A model generated the notes under the pieces. The model was not told the origin of the DNA. It did no database searches and saw only the letters and a program-made list of their open reading frames with translations. Positions 60,977 to 64,000 of a stretch of 64,000 bases of DNA are shown in pieces (within the stretch, counting starts at the first letter, position 1; each line of letters opens with the position of its first letter). Source of the DNA: a bacterium. GTDB lineage: Bacteria; UBA8248; JACPRG01; G963555815. The stretch covers positions 512,001 through 576,000 of the forward strand of contig CAUVWX020000002.1 of the NCBI GenBank assembly GCA_963555815.3, read 5' to 3'. Both the position numbers and the translations under genes were made by a program.

Positions 60977-61381
60977 TTACTCTCCGCCACTAAGGTGCTC
61001 AACGTGACGGCGGGCGATCCCAATCCTCTCCTCAAAACTCTCCAGCGGGGTCGTGTGCCATCTGACAATTCCCCAGAAGGGCAGGTTTGCCAACATATTG
61101 CTCAACGCATGGTTAGACTCCGCTTCCACGATAAAAAAACCATTCCTGCCTCCGGCCTCGAGTCCTCCCACCAGGACTCCTTGCTTGTCCATCTCCGCCA
61201 AGCTCGTCAGGCTCGGGATGACCAGGCCTTCCAAAAGCCCGACCACGTCTTGAGGGGAGAGGAGCGGACCAGGGTCAATCAAATCCATTCTGACGAGAAA
61301 CCGCTGTTGCGCCGATGCTGTCCCCCCGATGAGAAGCGCGAGGACGAAGAAAGCGCTAAGGAACGTTAAACGTCGCCTCAT
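60977..61381 (-). CDS. Muconolactone-delta-isomerase-fold paralog with an N-terminal signal peptide
   Basis: MRRR-hydrophobic-TASA/QQ leader, then a domain sharing VRMDLIDPGPLLSPQ, NLPFWGI and TPLESFE with the neighbour. Confidence 0.7.
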   Translation of the reverse strand: MRRRLTFLSAFFVLALLIGGTASAQQRFLVRMDLIDPGPLLSPQDVVGLLEGLVIPSLTSLAEMDKQGVLVGGLEAGGRNGFFIVEAESNHALSNMLANLPFWGIVRWHTTPLESFEERIGIARRHVEHLSGGE

Positions 61382-61432
61382 GGTTTTCTCCTATTGAGAT
61401 AATGAGATGAAACATATGGAACGGTGTAATTA

Positions 61433-61461
61433 ATCCTATTTAGCGACCCCCCTTGTGTCAA
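61433..61461 (-). promoter_or_regulatory. Putative sigma70 promoter for the CatC-fold pair
   Basis: TTGACA-N17-TAGGAT overlapping the 3' end of panE. Confidence 0.6.
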
Positions 61462-62434
61462 GGAAAAACCCCTGCAGAGCCCGGACGAGGGAGGCGATCG
61501 CCGCATTGTGGGGGGCTTCCCCCCGTTTCGCGACATAACCATTCAGATAGTCCACCTCGGTCCGCCTTCCAAGACGCAGGTCCTGGAGCATCGAGTTCTC
61601 ATTCTCCGCCGTCTTCTCCGCCGTCTCTTCCACCTGGCGGACAACCTCCTCCAAAGGGATGGCAAAACCCTCTGAGGAGGCGAGGCGGCAACCCTCCCGA
61701 AGGAGAGACACCCATAGGTCTCGCAGCGCCTTATGGGTGCCGACGACCCCGTTTCGGACTCGGGCCAGGGCCCCGACGGGATTGATGGCGAGATTGACCA
61801 GGGCCTTCTGCCACACGGCACGTCCCATGTCGGGAACCTCCTCGACTGGGAAACCAGCCGAGCGGAATAGAGAGGCCGAAAGGCGAACGCCCTTTCTCTT
61901 CTCCTCCGTGTCGTCTTGAGGAGGCCACGCCCCCACCTGAATCGGCCCCTCCCCGGTCCAACGGACACATCCCGGACCTTCCGAAAGAGCCCCTGAATAG
62001 ACGACCCCCCTCAGCGCCTGTTCCGAAGGGAGCTGACCCCACACCTCGGCCTCAAGGCCGAGGCCGTTGGAAAGGAGCAACACCCAAGTCTTGGCCCCGA
62101 CGAGGCCCGCCTTGAGGGCTGACCGCAGGGCGGCGGAAGCGTCATAGGCCTTGGTCGCAACGAGGAGGAGATCAGGGGGGGAGAGGTGAGCGCCGGGCCG
62201 GGCGAGATTCACAGAAATCTGAAACTCCTGGACCCCTGTGACGCGGAGGATCGGAGTCCCCTTCACATTTGGCCAGCCCTCGGACGGGCGACGCAGGCAG
62301 AGGGTCACCCTGGCCCCGCCCCTGGCCAGACAGGCCCCCAGGAGGCCTCCCAGGGCACCGGCTCCGAGGATCACAATGTCTTTCAAGGGTGGCGCCCCCA
62401 GGAAGGGGACCACCCCAGGGGAGAGACAAAACAC
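61436..62434 (-). CDS. panE: Ketopantoate reductase (start uncertain)
   Basis: GAGALG, ATKAYD, NGLG, WQKALVN, SMLQD and TEVDYLNG motifs. Confidence 0.88.
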   Translation of the reverse strand: MFCLSPGVVPFLGAPPLKDIVILGAGALGGLLGACLARGGARVTLCLRRPSEGWPNVKGTPILRVTGVQEFQISVNLARPGAHLSPPDLLLVATKAYDASAALRSALKAGLVGAKTWVLLLSNGLGLEAEVWGQLPSEQALRGVVYSGALSEGPGCVRWTGEGPIQVGAWPPQDDTEEKRKGVRLSASLFRSAGFPVEEVPDMGRAVWQKALVNLAINPVGALARVRNGVVGTHKALRDLWVSLLREGCRLASSEGFAIPLEEVVRQVEETAEKTAENENSMLQDLRLGRRTEVDYLNGYVAKRGEAPHNAAIASLVRALQGFFLDTRGVAK

Positions 62435-62458
62435 CTTGCGGAGGCGAAATCCGCCCTG

Positions 62459-63301
62459 CTATCGCCCCTGGCCATTTCCTTGGGCCACGGCCTCCGAGAT
62501 TTCAGCCCCGTCGGTCCCTTCGGCCGAAACACGGGAGAACTCGGTGAAGGCGTAAGCGCTGTGATTATGGAGGCTCTCAAAATTCTCGCAGCCCACCGTG
62601 AACCAGGTGAAGTTTTCGTCCTCTTCGAGGGCCCCGTAGACCTCCCTCACCACGTCCTCGACGAACATGGGGTGGTCGTAAGCGAGCTCCGTCACGTATT
62701 TCTCATCGGAGCGCTTGAGGAGGGCGTAGACCTGATTGATGGCCCGCTCCTCCACCTTAGCGATGAGGTCCTCCATCCAGAAGAAGTGGCGGAAGCGAAC
62801 CTGGACGCTGACCTCTCCCCGCTGGTTGTGGGCCCCGTAGTCGCTGATGGCCTTGGAGCAGGGGCAAAGCGTGCTGATAGGCACCGCGATGCCGACGACA
62901 AAATCCTCCTCATCCCCGGGCCCCAAGCTCCCCGAGAAGGTGCACCGATATTCCATGAGGCTCTGGATTTGGGAAACGGGCGCCCGCTTCTCGACGAAAT
63001 AGGGGAAGGCCATTTCCAGATGCGCCGACTGAGCGTCGAGGCGATGGCGCATGGTGGCCAAGATCTCTTGGTAGTTTCGGATGCTGACACCACCCCGATA
63101 GTGGTTCAGGATCTCCACGAAGCGGCTCATGTGGGTCCCCTTGAACTGGTGGGGGAGATCCACATACATGTTCACCGTGGCCGTCGTGTGCTGGTATTCC
63201 TTCACCTTGTCAAGGACGGTGATGGGATAGCGGACGTCCTTGACCCCCACCTTGTCCAGGACGACCTTTCGGTGGTCACGCTGGCTCTGCACATCGATCA
63301 T
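62459..63301 (-). CDS. folE2: GTP cyclohydrolase IB
   Basis: KGTHMSRF, LCPCSK, AHNQR, FVED and ESLHNH motifs. Confidence 0.95.
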   Translation of the reverse strand: MIDVQSQRDHRKVVLDKVGVKDVRYPITVLDKVKEYQHTTATVNMYVDLPHQFKGTHMSRFVEILNHYRGGVSIRNYQEILATMRHRLDAQSAHLEMAFPYFVEKRAPVSQIQSLMEYRCTFSGSLGPGDEEDFVVGIAVPISTLCPCSKAISDYGAHNQRGEVSVQVRFRHFFWMEDLIAKVEERAINQVYALLKRSDEKYVTELAYDHPMFVEDVVREVYGALEEDENFTWFTVGCENFESLHNHSAYAFTEFSRVSAEGTDGAEISEAVAQGNGQGR

Positions 63302-63675
63302 CTACTCTCTCCATGATAGGTGGCACTGCAGCGATCTGTCTCAAAGACGGTGACCCTGTGGAGCCGGACGGCTGGAATTTTCAGGCGTCTCGAAAGGGCC
63401 TCGAAGAGGTGCCTGGCGATGTTCTCTACCGAGGGACTCACCTGCCGGAAGGCAGAGACCTCATTCAAGTTTCGATGGTCCAGATCTCCGAGAACCTCCC
63501 GCATCTCCTGTTCCAGACGCTTGAAATCCACCGCCATCCCCGCCCCGTCCAACCCCTGAGCCGTCACACTCACTTGGACCCGGAAGTTGTGCCCGTGAAG
63601 GGGTTCTTTTTCCCCATGATCGTTCTGAAGCTGATGCGCTGCCGCGAAATCTGCCTCGACAGTCACTTCGTACAC
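63298..63675 (-). CDS. 6-pyruvoyl-tetrahydropterin synthase superfamily protein, PTPS-III-type motif
   Basis: FAAAH, KEPLHGHN (ExxHGH, no catalytic Cys), LDHRNLN and SVENIA motifs. Confidence 0.85.
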   Translation of the reverse strand: MYEVTVEADFAAAHQLQNDHGEKEPLHGHNFRVQVSVTAQGLDGAGMAVDFKRLEQEMREVLGDLDHRNLNEVSAFRQVSPSVENIARHLFEALSRRLKIPAVRLHRVTVFETDRCSATYHGESR

Positions 63676-63727
63676 GGGTTGAACCCCAAAAAGGCAAGAA
63701 GGCATCCAGAGTTAGTTATAGATTATA

Positions 63728-64000
63728 TCATTTGGGGCCCTCGCGCCAAGAACCCCGGATGGCCTCGACCATCTGTACCGTCCGAACAGCGGCCCGAACT
63801 TCGTGGACCCGCAGGAGGTCAGCCCCCTGCCAGAGACCCAGGGCGTTGCTCACGATGGTCCCTTCCAGGCGGTCGAGGGGGCTTTCAATTCCGGTGATCT
63901 TTCCGATGAAGGACTTTCGGGAGACCCCCAGGCATAGGGGATAGCCCAGGGTGCGAAGAGAGGAGAGGTGGCGCAGAAGAGAGAGGTTGTGCTCGACGGT
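63728..64000 (-). CDS. folP: Dihydropteroate synthase, C-terminal part (runs off the window edge)
   Basis: Manual translation gives TVEHNLSLL...GVSRKSFIG...ADLLRVHEV, with the stop at 63728. Confidence 0.9.
   Translation of the reverse strand, partial: TVEHNLSLLRHLSSLRTLGYPLCLGVSRKSFIGKITGIESPLDRLEGTIVSNALGLWQGADLLRVHEVRAAVRTVQMVEAIRGSWREGPK

Overview
GC-rich bacterial chromosomal window made up mostly of housekeeping genes. I found no IS, prophage, CRISPR, tRNA or rRNA. The gene set combines LPS heptose genes (hldE, gmhA) with rny-ymdB, ricT, trmFO, folE2 and dprA-topA-trmFO-xerC-hslVU, which suggests a diderm of the Nitrospinota/Tectomicrobia/deltaproteobacterial type (inference only). In order: a nucleotide-sugar operon, dGTPase, NodIJ-like ABC pair, tmk-holB-ricT-metG-tatD/radical SAM, zapB-zapA-6S RNA-5-FCL-rny-ymdB, three GT-C glycosyltransferases, mtaB-DUF62-PIN-like gene, coxD/coxE-like pair, glnR-like regulator with glnA, a ThrC-like/MoaD/JAB/NIL/NIL operon, thiD, ppiD, mreBCD-mrdA-rodA, rng, the topA-hslU cluster, argB, two muconolactone-isomerase-fold paralogs, panE and folP-PTPS-folE2. 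The best candidates for new biology are: (1) a ubiquitin-like sulfur-carrier operon whose carrier has its Gly-Gly masked by an 8-aa tail, coupled to a JAB protease, with two stand-alone NIL proteins and a structured leader I cannot assign; (2) an actinobacterial-type GlnR module with 11-bp periodic boxes upstream of both glnA and the regulator; (3) a cytoplasmic plus signal-peptide-bearing pair of CatC-fold proteins. Three genes are broken (fsa and glnR by frameshifts, coxD by an in-frame amber), which may reflect consensus errors.
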